Below are positions 42,899 through 64,000 of a stretch of DNA of 64,000 bases, piece by piece. This DNA comes from the human T2T-CHM13v2.0 reference genome, Homo sapiens. The notes below the pieces were generated by a model, which had not been told where the DNA came from, ran no database searches, and saw only the letters and a program-made list of their open reading frames with translations. The position numbers and the translations under genes are program-made. The stretch is taken from assembly GCF_009914755.1 (NCBI RefSeq), contig NC_060942.1; one strand, given 5' to 3'. Every line of letters begins with the position of its first letter. Within the stretch, counting starts at the first letter, position 1.

Positions 42899-43097
42899 TT
42901 AGGTTGGGGGAACTAACGGATCAAGTTAAGATTGCCTCAGCTCATATTGCCAGGGTAGAATATAAATTCTGAGTGGATGCAATCAATGTGGAAGAAACAC
43001 AAACATCTTGCTAAGCAAGAACCAAACGTTTCAAGTACTTTTTTTTAACGACAAGTGATTCAAACAAGAAATAAAAATAAAAGAAAGAAAAAACAAC

Positions 43098-43194
43098 CTG
43101 GTTCTAGGCGGCTCTATCTCTCGTAGTGTTGATTATACCGCGGAAGGCGGGAAGAGCTGGGAAGTGGCAACGAAGCGAGGCTTGCAATGCCAGA
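43098..43194 (-). other. ATP5F1A: Probable alternative non-coding upstream first exon of ATP5F1A
   Basis: Donor CCAG|GTTGTT at 43098/43097 and acceptor CAGTCAG|TCCGGAG at 37241/37240; matches my recollection of a long-5'UTR variant; 5' end approximate. Confidence 0.6.
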
Positions 43195-43800
43195 GCCTTC
43201 GACCAGCCTTGCACAGGGGCTCAACGGCCAGGAGTCTCAGGTAAAACCACAACTCCCAGAAATCCCGGGCCCGGCGAGGGGCGGGTGCCAACGGCGTGTG
43301 GGCGGGGCCTAGGGAGTGAGCGGGGCGCATCTCCCGCTAGGAGTTCCTAGTAAAGTGGCGGGAGCCGCAGCTATGGAGCCGCAGGAGGAGAGAGAAACGC
43401 AGGTGATGGGGCGGGAATGGGGATCGTTGGCCTCCTGGAAAACGCGTTTTTGACACCCCCGCGCCGACAGCGGGTCTCCTGTGCGCGCCACGTCTACTTT
43501 TCTCTCCCCTATTCCACACATCCGTCTTTTAGTGCCGCCGTCACTATCTGCAAGCCCCCCGTGCTTAGACTCTCCTGAAGGCCTTTCCCTTCCTGCCCGG
43601 GCCTCCCCTTGTTTGGATCTGGCCCGGGAGAGGCGTTGAGCAGCCCGTGTCCACAGACTCTGGAGTGGGACTTATGAAGCCAAACCCGCCTTCCGGTTCG
43701 CTGCTCAGCCCGGCGGCTTCCACATCTGAACTGCTTCCGCGCCCTGCATCCCAACACTGGGAGCCTCCCGGCGCGGCGGGGCTTCTGGTGATCGAGGGAC
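43130..43800. promoter_or_regulatory. HAUS1 / ATP5F1A bidirectional CpG-island promoter
   Basis: CpG-rich; ZNF143/THAP11-like ACCACAACTCCCAGAA at ~43246-43261; GC boxes at ~43278 and ~43300. Confidence 0.75.
43373..43402 (+). CDS. HAUS1: HAUS augmin-like complex subunit 1, exon 1 (MEPQEERETQ)
   Basis: GCTATGG Kozak-like start, 30 nt, donor CAG|GTGATG. Confidence 0.93.
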
Positions 43801-44154
43801 AATTGCTTTTTTCAGACCATGCACGGTCTAATAATGCGTTCGCATTATTATGGTCTATTAAGCTTTAAGGTTTTTCAAGCGAGGCAAATTGTTAGCCTGT
43901 ACCGCTTTTGCAGATTTGGAAAAGAACGGATTGTTCTCTGGTAATTTTCAGTATTGTACGTTTCTTTGTGTACTTGCTCACTTTTTATTTCCTGATATCT
44001 AGTATCTCCCTAAAGACAAGTGAGGTTGTGAAGTAGGACTCCAAAATAGTCACAGAAAGCATTTAGTTTGCTTTTGATCACTTCTTTGTCATATTCTCAT
44101 CGAGCCATTACAGTAAACAAGGCTTATAATATTTGTCTTTCTTTTAATGGTTAG

Positions 44155-44329
44155 GTTGCTGCGTGGTTAAAAAAAATATTTGGAGATCATCCTATTCCAC
44201 AGTATGAGGTGAACCCACGGACCACAGAGATTTTACATCACCTTTCAGAACGCAACAGGGTCCGGGACAGGGATGTCTACCTGGTAATAGAGGACTTGAA
44301 GCAGAAAGCAAGTGAATACGAGTCAGAAG
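44155..44329 (+). CDS. HAUS1: HAUS1 exon 2 (VAAWLKKIFGDHPIPQYEVN...SEYESE)
   Basis: 175 nt, TAG| acceptor, G|GTGAGA donor. Confidence 0.95.
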
Positions 44330-44417
44330 GTGAGATTAAGTCCAGAGTTTTGAACGAGAATAAATAGAGGTAACCAAATTTTATAACACTAAAGTATACA
44401 GGATTAATTTACTGTAG

Positions 44418-44720
<303 letters not shown>

Positions 44721-45212
44721 TAGTAAAGACAGGGTTTCACAATATTGGCCAGGCTGGTCTCGAACTCCTGACTTCAGGTGATCCGCCTGCCTCAGCCTCC
44801 CAAAGTGGTAGGATTAGAGGCATGAGCCACCCTGCCTGGCCAGTAGTAATTCTCTAAGTAATAAATGTTATTATACTAAATATCTTATTGGTACTCTGAT
44901 AGCAAAACAGTAAGCCTTAAAAGAGTCTAAACTTGTTAGTCTGACACACAAGATGCCTTGTGGTTTTTTACTTACCTATCTGTTTTTTCTGTTTCCGGTC
45001 TCCATGATTTAGTCATACGGACCTATCAGGACACCTGAGGTGGTGGCCATGAAATGTGAGACTTGGACGAAATTACTCTATGACTACGTATCAGGAGATT
45101 GCATTAGAATTTTCTGCTGGGCATATATAGTTTGAAAAAGTGCATTCAAGGCCGGGCACGGTGGCTTACGCCTGTAATCCCAGCACTTTGGGAGGCCGAG
45201 GCGGGCGGATCA

Positions 45213-45996
<784 letters not shown>

Positions 45997-47683
45997 TTAA
46001 TTAATTAAAAATTAACATACAGTAAAATTGACTTTTTATTTTTGTGTACCATTTTAATACACTTAGAGTGTAGAACCACTCTCACAATCTGAAATCACAC
46101 AATCAAGATGCAGAACAGTTCCATCACCCCAAAAACCTCCCCTGTGCCACTCCTTTATAGCCATATTCTCCCATATATGTGCTTTTAAAATTGTCTTATT
46201 TTTAAATGATTTTATTTTTGTAATTATTAAAATACAGTGCAGAGAAAGGGACTTGGAGCCCAGAAAAATCTCATTTTATAAGAGCTTTCTTTTTTGTCTA
46301 TCATATACTGTAACCAAAAATCTAAGGATTTCAAAGTAAAATTATTTATGTCTGTCCTTAAATACCTTTCAGGGTGATACATATTAAATAACAAATGTTC
46401 TAACTAATGTATGCAAAATTTTAACACAATTTTTATGTCTAGGTATCTAGAAGAGCATTGCCACCATTGAGATCTGATAGCTCTATGCATCATTACTTCT
46501 CTTTTCTAAGTTTTTCCTTCTTTTATACAGTGAAAGTGTTGAGCAGAAAATGAAAAATATGTGGAACTTTATAACAAGTGTACATTGATGTGTATTGGTA
46601 AAGAGTTTCAGCTTCCTCCATTTGCGATTCTAAAAACTGAGTAGTAATGCCATCTATAGCTCGCTGGACTTGAATGACCTTTGAGTTAAAAATAATCCAA
46701 ATCATTTTTTAGGTGCAGTTTTTATTTCTGCAAAGCACAGTTCTTTACAGCACATGAGATTGGAACTTTTGGAAATATTTGCAGGAATTGGGAAAGGACA
46801 TAAAACTTTTAGATGAAGTTTTGTTGTTGTTTTTGTTTTTTATAGTGGAGAGACAGAGTCTTCCTATTTTGCTCAGGCTGGTCTTGAACTCCTGGGTTCA
46901 AGTGATCCTCCCACCTCAGCCTACCAAGTAGCTGGGATTATAGGTGCACACCACGTGCCTGGCTGTGTGGAGATTTTTAATCATGAGGAATACAAATGAA
47001 ACTATTGAAACTATTCATTCTTCGTGCCACCTGTTTGTCACTTGAGGAGGCAAATGAGAAGAAATTGCCCTGGCTAGAACCTCCAATATGATGTTGGATA
47101 GAATTGGCAAATACAGACTCCTTGTCTTGTCCCTAATCCTAGACAAGAGAGAATCCAGTCTTCACCATTAAGTGTAATGTTAGCTGTGGGATTTTTGTAG
47201 ACACCCTTTGTCAATTTGAGGGAATTTACTTCTTTTTTTTTTTTTTTTTTTGGTAACGGAGTCTTGCTCTGTCACTAATTTTGTATTTTTACTAGAGACA
47301 GTGTTTCACCGTGTTGCTCAGGCTGGCCTTAAACTTCTGACCCTGCCTCACCCTCCCAAAGTGCTGCGATTTATAGGTGTGAGCAGCCACTCCTGGCCCA
47401 CTCTAATTTTTATTATTTAATTCCTTCGGCTTGCTTTTGGTTTAGTCTGCTCTTCTTTTTTCAGTGTCTTAAAATGGAAAGTTAGGTTATTGATTTGAGA
47501 TTCTTCTTCTTTCTTAAAATAGGAATTTACAAGTACAAATTTCCCTCCACATACCATTTGCAATGTATTTCATAAGTTTTGTTGCATTGTACCTACATTT
47601 TCATTCATATCAAAGTATTTTCTAATGTGTTTGATTTCATCTTTACCTGTTGGTTATTAGGAGTGTGTTGTTTAATTCCACTT

Positions 47684-48368
<685 letters not shown>

Positions 48369-49096
48369 CACATATTTGTGAATTTCCTAAATTTCTTTCT
48401 GTTATTGATTTCTCATTTCATTTCATTATGACCAGAGAATACATTGCATTATTTTGATCCTTTTAAATGTATTGACATTTGTTTTATGGCCTAGCATAAA
48501 GCTGTTCTCTCCTGAAGAGTGTTCTATGTGCCCTTGAGAAGTATGTGTATTCTCTTGTTGGGTGGAGTATTCTTTTTCTTTTCTTTTTTTTTTTCCTCCC
48601 GAGACAGAGTCATGCTCTGTCGCCCAGGCTGGAGTGCTTTGGTGTGATCTCAGCTCACTGCAACCTCCGCCTCTTGGGTTCAAGCAATTCTCCTGACTCA
48701 GCCTCCTGAATAACTAGGATTACAGGCACATGCCACCGTGCTCAGGTAATTTTTGTATTCCTAGTAGAGACAGGGTTTCACCATGTTGGCCACACTGGTC
48801 TCGAACTCCTGACCTCATGATCCGCCCACCTCGGCCTCCCAAAGTGCTGGGATTATAGGTGTGAGCCACCACGCCCTGCCTCAGTTGCTTTTTTAATCAG
48901 TTAAGGGAAGAAAGTAGAAAAAATATGCATGTATGCTGTCTTTATAATTCCATAGTTACCATTACTTACAGTCTTTGTTTTTTCATATGCATTCAGATTA
49001 CCATTTGGGGCTATTTGATTTCAGCCTACAAAACTTCCCTTAGTTCTTGTAAGTTGAGTCTGCTAGCAACAGATTCTCTGTGGTTTTTCTATCTAG

Positions 49097-49433
<337 letters not shown>

Positions 49434-49805
49434 TAGCTGGGATTACAGGCATGAGCCACCACACCTGGCTAATTTTGTATTTTTAGTAGAGGCAGGGTTT
49501 CATCATGTTCGCCAGGCTGGTCTTGAGCTCCTAACCTCAGGTGATCCACCCATCTGACCTCTCAAAGTGCTGGGATTACAGGCGTGAGTCACCAACCTGG
49601 CCTTTCAAATTTTTTTGTAGAGGTGGGATCTTGCTATTTTGCCTAGGCTGTGCCTTCATTTTTTAAAGGTAGTTTTGCTAGGTGTAGGGTTCTTGGTTGA
49701 AGATTTTTTTCTGTTTGAGCACTTTGAATGTGTTATTTCACTGTCTTCTGGCCTACATTATTTCACCAAGAAGTCAGCATTAATCTTACTGGGGTTTCTT
49801 TGTAA

Positions 49806-50042
<237 letters not shown>

Positions 50043-50409
50043 TAGCCAGAATGGTCTTGATCTCCTGATCCATCCACCTCGGCCTCTCAAAATGCTGGGA
50101 TTACAGGCATAAGCCAATGCACCCGGCCTCAAGATTTTCTTTTACTTCAGCATTTTTTACCCTAATATGTCTGTTTGTAGTTCTCTTTACATTTATTTTA
50201 CTTGGATTTGTTGAGCTTCCTGAATGTGTATATTATTGCTTTTGAATGAGCATGGTAAATTTTCAGCATTGTTTCTTGTTATATTATTAATGTTATTATT
50301 TTTGAGACAGAGTCTCACTCTGTTGCCCAGGCTGGAGTACAGGAGCTTGATCTCGGCTCACTGCCACCTCTGCCTCCCCAGCTCAAGCAATTCTGTCTCA
50401 GCCTCCTGA

Positions 50410-50637
<228 letters not shown>

Positions 50638-50720
50638 TGAACCCCTGACCTCAAGTGATCTGCCTGCCTCGGCCTCCCAAAGTGCTGGGATTACAGGCAT
50701 TAACCACTGCACCCAGCTAA

Positions 50721-51026
<306 letters not shown>

Positions 51027-51189
51027 TAGTAGAGATGGGGTTTCACCATGTTGGCCAGGCTGGTCTCGATCTCCTGACCTCGTGATCCGCCAGCTTTGGC
51101 TTCCCAAAGTGCTGGGATTACAGGCGTGAACTACCGCACCTGGCCTTTCATTTTCCTTTGTTCTTTTTTTCTCTGTTCTTTGGCTTCCA

Positions 51190-52015
51190 TATATATATAA
51201 TATATATATAATGTGTATATATATTCCATATTATATATATAATATATAATGTGTATATATATTCCATATTATATATAATATATATAATGTGTATATATAT
51301 TCCATATTATATATAATATATATAATGTGTATATATATTCCATATTATATATATAATATATATAATGTGTATATATTCCATATTATATATATAATATATA
51401 TAATGTGTATATATTCCATATTATATATATAATATATATAATGTGTATATATATTCCATATTATATATATAATATATATAATGTGTATATATATTCCATA
51501 TTATATATATAATATATATAATGTGTATATATATTCCATATTATATATATAATATATATAATGTGTATATATATTCCATATTATATATATAATATATATA
51601 ATGTGTATATATATTCCATATTATATATATAATATATATAATGTGTATATATATTCCATATTATATATATAATATATATAATGTGTATATATATTCCATA
51701 TTATATATATAATATATATAATGTGTATATATATTCCATATTATATATATAATATATATAATGTGTATATATATTCCATATTACATATATATAATATATA
51801 TAATGTGTATATATATTCCATATTATATATATAATATATATAATGTGTATATATTCCATATAATATATATAATATATATAATATGTATATATTCCATATT
51901 ATATATATAATATATATTCCATATATATGGAATATATATATTCCATATTATATATATAATATATATATTCCATATTATATATATAATATATATATTCCAT
52001 ATATATATATATATT
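51190..52015. repeat. AT-rich minisatellite, 40-bp unit ATATTCCATATTATATATATAATATATATAATGTGTATAT with shorter variants at the ends
   Basis: Perfect 40-nt periodicity across 51421-51780; roughly 17 units plus degenerate short units. Confidence 0.95.
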
Positions 52016-52021
52016 TTTTGA

Positions 52022-52357
<336 letters not shown>

Positions 52358-53954
52358 TAGTGTTAATTCTCTCTAGTGAATTTTTCAGTTCAGTTATTGC
52401 ACTCTAGAATTCCCATTTAGTTCTTTTCTTACAATTTCTTTCTCTTCATTGATATTCTTTATTTGATGCAACATTGTCATCTTACCTCATGTTCCTTCTT
52501 TAATTTGGTTTCCTTTAATTCTGTGAACATGCTTATTATGGATATTTGAAGTTTTTCCTGATAAAGCCAACATCTTGTCATTCTCACAGGCAGCTTCTGT
52601 TGCTTGCTTTTTTCTATTACAGTTCCTGTCTTATTCTTTGCATTCCTCTTTTTTGTTGTTGTTGTTGTTGCTGGAAACTGGACATTTCAGACAACATATT
52701 GTATCCTTGCTAGGTACTAATCTTACTTCCTCCTGTTATTGTTATTGGCTTACCTGTCTGATTGCTAGCTGGATTATTTTAATGAAGTCTGTTTATCCCC
52801 AACAGAGTTAAACTCCTGATGTTATCAGCTCCTCAGGGAGACACATACTTGAGTATCTCCAAGGTCACTCTGAGTTGACAGTGTTTGGGTCAAGCTGACT
52901 TCCTCTCTTTCACTGAGCACACCTGACTGTAAAATTCCACTAATTTACAGCTGTTGTTTTCAACAATGCCCTGGGCATAAACTGCTCTACGAGCAATTCC
53001 AATCAAATTCTAGCTCTCTTAGAGGAATAGTTTCTGAGGTCAGTTAGATATTTGTTTTATCTTCTGGATGGCTCTCCTAGATGTCTTAACTACAAACTAA
53101 TTGCCCTACAGTTTAGCCTGTATCTTGAATCTGCTCCCAATTTCTTTGACCACAACTTCTACTCTTTTTGAGATTGCCCTTAGGCTTGAACCTTTCTAAG
53201 CTCTGTTGCAAATGTAGTCAGTTCCTTTGGGAAGAGATGGAGAGCCATCTGTTTTATGACTTGATTTTCCCATGAGGCAAAATCTCTGAACCCAGCCTCT
53301 GGAGTTGGGGTTGGAGGTAGGTAGGGAAAATGTCAAGTTTGTCACTGAGCGATATGCCAGCTATAGGAACTGCTTGGTAGAGAGGGAGTGCGGCAGCCTT
53401 AGGTCCTCTTGGCTTGCCTCTCCTGGTGTGGAACCACCACCTCACTAGCCGGAGCAAGGGCCATTGGGACTCCAGTATTCTCAGCTTGCCTTACTCAAGG
53501 AGCTTCCATTCCAAGAGCAGTGGCTGGGCAGACACACCTCTCAACCACATCCCGCTGGGACTTGGACGCAGTAGCAGATAGCTAGTGGCAGGATGAAAAA
53601 CACTAAAGTCTTGCTTCTCCCAGGAAGAAGGCCTTCCAGCTGGGAGCTGGGAGCAAAGAAAGCCCCATGTTGACTGCAGCTGTCTGGAGTGGAGTCTCCA
53701 CCTCAGTGAGCTGGAAGGGAGGAGGGAGGGAGGAGTCTTGGTTCAAATACCACAAATTCTCAGTGTCCTTACTGAGTTTTTATAGATTTTATTGAATAGT
53801 TGTTTCTTCATTTGCTGTGTACCCTTAGGACCATTTTTAGAGGCTTTAAATGCTTGGGTTTGTTTTCTTTCTTTCTTCTGATTTTCACCAGTTTCACAGA
53901 AGAGCAGGTCAGCCCAACTCCCACACTATTATGCTGGAAGTTGATCTCCTGGTC

Positions 53955-57060
<3,106 letters not shown>

Positions 57061-57107
57061 TTTTTAAAAAAGCAAACAGTCACTATGGAACTCTTTCATG
57101 TTTTTAG

Positions 57108-57243
57108 CCAAGTATCTTCAAGACCTTCTCATGGAGAGTGTGAATTTTTCCCCCGCCAATCTCTCTAGCACTGGTTCCAGGTATCTGAATGCTTTGGTTG
57201 ACAGTGCGGTGGCCCTTGAAACAAAGGATACCTCGCTAGCTAG
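57108..57243 (+). CDS. HAUS1: HAUS1 exon 3 (KYLQDLLMESVNFSP...KDTSLA)
   Basis: 136 nt, AG/GT boundaries, frame continuous across a 12.8-kb intron. Confidence 0.94.
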
Positions 57244-57788
57244 GTAATTCTTATGACAGTTTTAATTTCCGCAATCATATCTGCTATAAGGTCTTAAAGA
57301 CTTTTTGTTCTCAGCATAATTCTATATGAAAAATTGGCAATAAATACAAAGCACTGAATTTAGTTACTTCATGTCTTTGCCAGTGAGTATAATTAATTTG
57401 GATAAATATGGTATTGGTTAATTTTTAGTGTTTTCTTCTTCCAGGATTAGATTTATGAAGGGTGGTTCTCATGTATATTTGGAAAGGGGTTAGTATCACA
57501 TTGTTCCCTGTGTATAATAAGAAAGATAGTAGGCTAAATGATTTGGTTGAGCATAATAAATTTTGGTTATGTCTACCTTTTTGTTAAGTAGGTCAGGAAT
57601 TTTCATTCTTTTTAACAGGCATTTTACTTATATAATAACATGATTCTTCCAACAACCTTTAGAGGAATCAGGAGGTGTGGGTTAAATAATTTATCCGAGC
57701 TACTAAATGGCAGAGCTGAGATTCAAAACCAGTCTTATAAAGTTCATATGACTACCACTTTTGGCCATATCTTAGCTAGGACTACTAA

Positions 57789-58076
<288 letters not shown>

Positions 58077-58852
58077 TGAGCCACTGCGCCCGGTAGAACT
58101 ACGAATATTAATACAACTTATCATAATCAGAGAACAACACAGCAGAACAGCTTACCTGTCAATTTAAAGGCAATTTATGTATAAGCTCAAAGAGTAGTGT
58201 TTTAGGTATAAGAGCATCCCTACTGTATGGCAGCAGAAATCTAGACTTGAATTAAATAAGTTCAGCAGATAACAAATACCAGTTGTATGTTAGTTGTATA
58301 AGCACTGGGGAAGCAGGGATGAATCATATAATTTCTTGCCTTTTTTTTTTACAAATAATGTGTATTTTAGAATTTTTTAAACTTTTTTTTTATACTTACA
58401 TACTATCATACAACTTAAAGTCACATTATGTTTTGTGCCTTCTTACTATAGCTCTGTTATAACTGGGGAAGCGAGATGAATACGATAGTAACTTCCTTAA
58501 AGAACAGTCTCTGCTTACAGTCAAATAAGGGAGATAGAAATGTGACTATAACATAGTGTGACAGCTGTAACAGTAAAAGTATGTACAAGGTATAGCTGGG
58601 TAGCACAGAGAAGGAGGTAGTTAATGCCAGGATGACAGGGACGCTCATCTGAGTTTTGAAGGAACAAATGGAACTTTGCCGAATGAAGAAGGGCATTCCA
58701 GGCAATGGGAACAGTGTGTAAAAAAAGGCATAAAGGTATGAACAGCATGGTTATATAAAAATCTACAGGGCAATAAAGTCATTTTTAGCAATGAGGAGTA
58801 ATTATAATTATTGCCCATTAAGCCCATGTATATGACCAGATTCTTCTTTTAG

Positions 58853-58987
58853 TTTTATCCCTGCAGTGAATGATTTGACCTCTGATCTCTTTCGTACCAA
58901 ATCCAAAAGTGAAGAAATCAAGATTGAACTGGAAAAACTTGAAAAAAATTTAACTGCAACTTTAGTATTAGAAAAATGTCTACAAGA
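58853..58987 (+). CDS. HAUS1: HAUS1 exon 4 (FIPAVNDLTSDLFRTK...EKCLQ)
   Basis: 135 nt, TAG| acceptor, GA|GTAAGT donor. Confidence 0.94.
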
Positions 58988-59126
58988 GTAAGTAATTGAG
59001 TTCAGAGTGGTGACAATTTATAAATAAGGGAGTAATAGGACATTGTCAAATTTAGTTTTGGCAGTAGGTGTGATTTTAAAAACATTAGGAAATGGGATCC
59101 ATAAAACATTTTTTTAAGTTGAATGA

Positions 59127-59825
<699 letters not shown>

Positions 59826-60135
59826 TAAAAACAAATAATATGGGTTTTAGAATTTTCAAAATGTATGTGATTTTTCTTATACTTAAAGTCACATTATGTT
59901 TTGTTGTGCATTCTTGCTATAGCTAGGGTATCCCTCTTATGATACTTTAGGCCTTTTTCTGTTCCTTTTTGCCCCAGAGATTAGGGCCTATAGATCAGGA
60001 GTATGTGTATATATGCACAAGTAATTTGACGGTATGTAAATTTATTCAACAAATGACTACATATGTGCAAGGCACTGTCATGTCACGTTTATTTTTATTT
60101 ATTTATTTACTTATTTTATTTATTTATTTTGTTGA

Positions 60136-60297
<162 letters not shown>

Positions 60298-60542
60298 TAG
60301 CAGAGACGGGGTTTCACCATGTTGGCCAGGCTGGTCTCGAACTTCATGTCACATTTAGTACAGAGGTATTTAGGACCTCCTATTTCAAATTGGCTTCAGA
60401 TATGTTAAATTATTATTATTATTATTATTTTTTAAACAAAATTCACAGTTTATTTAGGTTGAAATAAACTATACAAAATTGACTTTCTTTGCCAAAAATA
60501 ACAGCAATATTTTCCATATTATTTCTAGATAAGCCACAAAAC

Positions 60543-60648
60543 AAAATGTGGAACACTTCACAAATTTACCCATCTTCCTTGAGTAGAGGCCACTCTAATT
60601 TTCTCTGTGTCGTTCTAATTTTAGTATATGAGCTGCCAAAGTGAGCAC
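60543..60648 (-). pseudogene. Full-length diverged U6 snRNA retrocopy in HAUS1 intron 4
   Basis: Minus strand GTGCTCACTTTGGCAGCTCATATACTAAAATTAGAACGACACAGAGAAAATTAG...GTGAAGTGTTCCACATTTT, 106 nt. Confidence 0.9.
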
Positions 60649-60739
60649 CAATTTTTTTTTGAATGGCTGATTTACTTTCTTCAAGAATAATTGGCTTACA
60701 TTAATTGTAAAATTGTTGTAAACCTGGGCAGCATAGTGA

Positions 60740-60892
<153 letters not shown>

Positions 60893-60895
60893 TGA

Positions 60896-61099
<204 letters not shown>

Positions 61100-61393
61100 T
61101 AGTGGCATGTGTCTGTAGCCCTGGCTATTTGGGAGGCTGAAGTGGGAGGATCACTTCAGCCAAGGAGCTTGAGGCTGCAGTGATCACACCACTGCATTCA
61201 AGCCTGGGTGACAGACCAAGACCTCATCTCTTAAAAAAAAAAAAAACCCAGAGTGCAACATGGAGGGGAAGATGACCTGGTTACCAACTCTTGGCCAAGC
61301 CAGCATTGAATCCAAAAGTAGTAGAGTTTCTATTGTACAATACTTTTACTGAGAAGAAGAAGAAGAAAATGTTTTTAATTTTGCTTTTTAAAG

Positions 61394-61517
61394 GGATGTC
61401 AAGAAAGCAGAGTTGCATCTGTCTACAGAAAGGGCCAAAGTTGATAATCGTCGTCAGAACATGGACTTTCTAAAAGCAAAGTCAGAGGAATTCAGATTTG
61501 GAATCAAGGCTGCAGAG
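61394..61517 (+). CDS. HAUS1: HAUS1 exon 5 (DVKKAELHLSTER...GIKAAE)
   Basis: 124 nt, AG/GT boundaries. Confidence 0.93.
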
Positions 61518-61975
61518 GTTTGTATGAAGGACCGAATATAGTTAGCTCTCTTCGGCCTGATTTTTTACCATCATCCTCACAGCTAGGCATTATTATTCCC
61601 TTTTTACAGATGAGAGGACTATAGAGAAGTTGGTAAGTTGCCCAAGATTACATAGCTATTACAGTAAGCAGATCTAGATTCAAACTCAGGCATCCAGGCT
61701 CTGAAACTCAGGCCTTACACACTGCACCCATCTTGTCACAAATGCGTGAGTGTGGAAAGGATTCACATGTAACGTACAAATGCTTAGATACATGTACAGT
61801 TTTTCATTTATACTTGTAGCTCCTCTTTACTGTGTTATATGTTAAAAATATTTGATGGGCTGGGCACGGTGGCTCACGCCTGTAATCCAGCACTTTGGGA
61901 GGCCAAGGTGGGCGGATCATGAGGTCAGGAGATCGAGACCATCCTGACTAACACAGTGAAACCCCGTCTCTACTA

Positions 61976-62182
<207 letters not shown>

Positions 62183-62225
62183 TCAAATAATTTTTTAACT
62201 GAACTCCTTTTTTTGGTAATTGTAG

Positions 62226-62291
62226 GAGCAACTTTCAGCCAGAGGCATGGATGCTTCTCTGTCTCATCAGTCCTTAGTAGCACTATCAGAG
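62226..62291 (+). CDS. HAUS1: HAUS1 exon 6 (EQLSARGMDASLSHQSLVALSE)
   Basis: 66 nt, TAG| acceptor, GAG|GTGAGC donor. Confidence 0.93.
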
Positions 62292-62851
62292 GTGAGCTTA
62301 TTTTAACCTAATTTAACTTTCTTTAAAATTTTACTCCACAGTCTGCTTTTTCATTTGTTTCTTTTTATTCGGCTTTTATTCACTGTGGACCTGATTTCTT
62401 TTCCTTTACCTTTGTACTTTATATTCACTGGTATTTATATCTTTTATTCCTTGTTTAGCTGTATATGCCCTCACATTTGCATGGTTTCCTTTTTATTATA
62501 AGTTAGAAACTCCGCTGGAGTCACTTATGTATTATTGATGTATTTATTAAACAAATTTATTGAAGGACCATGAGCTAATCATCTAGGTGCTCCCCTTTCT
62601 TCTCTTTCAGTAGACAGTAAAATGCAGGTCTCCAAACTCCTGTAGTTACCAAATGCAATTCTGGGATTTTAGGTTATATAAAGGTTTTACCTGTTTTGGT
62701 GGGAAGAGAGAAATAGAGGGTTTTGTTTTGTTTTATTATTCTTAACGTTTTTCATACTTTGTTCTTGGAATCTAATGTTGACAATTCATAAATATGTATT
62801 TGGGATTCTAGTTCTCCCTTTACATTTTTTTCCCCTTGTTTTTATAAATAG

Positions 62852-62989
<138 letters not shown>

Positions 62990-63748
62990 TAATCACATTC
63001 TTTTCTATTCTAAGACAGCATACTTCAATCCTATTGTTAATAAATGGGAGCAAAGGCCAGGCATGGTGGCTCACACCTGTAATCCCAGTACTTTGGGAGG
63101 CAGAGGCAGGAAGATTACTTAAGCCCAAGAGTTTGAGACCAGCCTGGCCAAAATGGCGAAACCTCATCTCTACTAAAAATACAAAAATTAGCCAGGCATG
63201 GTGGCACATGCCTGTAATCCCAGCTACTCAGGAGGCTGAGGCAGGAGAAAGAAGAATCACTTGAACTCAGGGGGCGGAGGTTGCAGTGGGCCGAGATCGT
63301 GCCACTGCACTCCAGCCTGGGTGACAGAGCAAGACTCTATCTCAAAAAAAAAAAAAAAAAAAATTAGCCAGGCATGGTGGTGCACGCCTGTGGTCCCAGC
63401 TACCTGGAAGGCTGAAGTGGGAAGATTGGTTGAGCTGAGGAGTTTGAGGCCACCGTAAGCCATGATTGTACCACTGCACTCCAGCCTGGGCAACACAGAA
63501 AGACTCCATCTCAAAAAAAAATTATAATAATAATAATTAAATAAGACTATAACTTTCCTATTTTAAGCATCTAACAGGTGTTGTTTCCATTTGGAGTGAG
63601 TTTGTCTATCTTTGAAGCTTTTTATTCGATAACGTTATTTAAAATATACTAATGTTAATGCTTTGTTGTGTTTTATTTCAGAAATGGACAGTATTAGTTG
63701 CATTGTGAATGTTTCTATTACTCTGTGACTGTGTTCTTTTACCCCCAG

Positions 63749-63820
63749 AAACTGGCAAGATTAAAGCAACAGACTATACCTTTGAAGAAAAAATTGGAGT
63801 CCTATTTAGACTTAATGCCG
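63749..63820 (+). CDS. HAUS1: HAUS1 exon 7 (KLARLKQQTIPLKKKLESYLDLMP); gene continues beyond window
   Basis: 72 nt, CCCCAG| acceptor, CCG|GTAATA donor; exons 1-7 = 246 codons with no stop. Confidence 0.93.
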
Positions 63821-64000
63821 GTAATAATTTTCGCGAATTAAAAAACAATTATTTCCTCCAACCTTCCCTGAGGGTACTATATGACCATGAAAATAGTGTG
63901 TTTAGGCCAGGCACGGTGGCTCACGCCTGTAATCCCAGCACTTTGGGAGGACAAGGCAGGCTGATCACCTGAGGTCAGGAGTTAGAGACCAGCTTGGCTA

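Noticed and set aside
51190-52015. CRISPR-like array
   Set aside because: Head-to-tail units with no unique spacers, in a eukaryotic intron

Overview
Primate (apparently human, chr18q21 ATP5F1A locus) genomic DNA, very Alu-rich, with three CpG islands and three spliced genes: the first coding exon of PSTPIP2 (minus, ATG 11149), the complete 12-coding-exon ATP5F1A (minus, 37192->23243; exons sum to 1662 nt = 553 aa + stop) and exons 1-7 of HAUS1 (plus, from 43373, running off the window), head-to-head with ATP5F1A. Also present: a Y4 RNA retrocopy, a U6 retrocopy fused to a polyadenylated 3' segment, LTR/L1/DNA-transposon relics and an AT-rich 40-bp minisatellite. The standout is in ATP5F1A intron 5: a HERV-K(HML-2) LTR5 whose primer-binding site runs on into a near-complete reverse copy of the mature tRNA-Lys(CUU) primer (CCA included), then a second copy of the last 54 nt of U5, all inside one 6-bp target-site duplication - an apparent fossil of aberrant reverse transcription with tRNA-SINE-like architecture. 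Other notable items are a serial fold-back junction at an Alu 5' end and non-repeat direct duplications bracketing single exons. Gene and repeat names come from recognition, not from database searches; most ORFs in the supplied track are Alu- or GC-derived noise.
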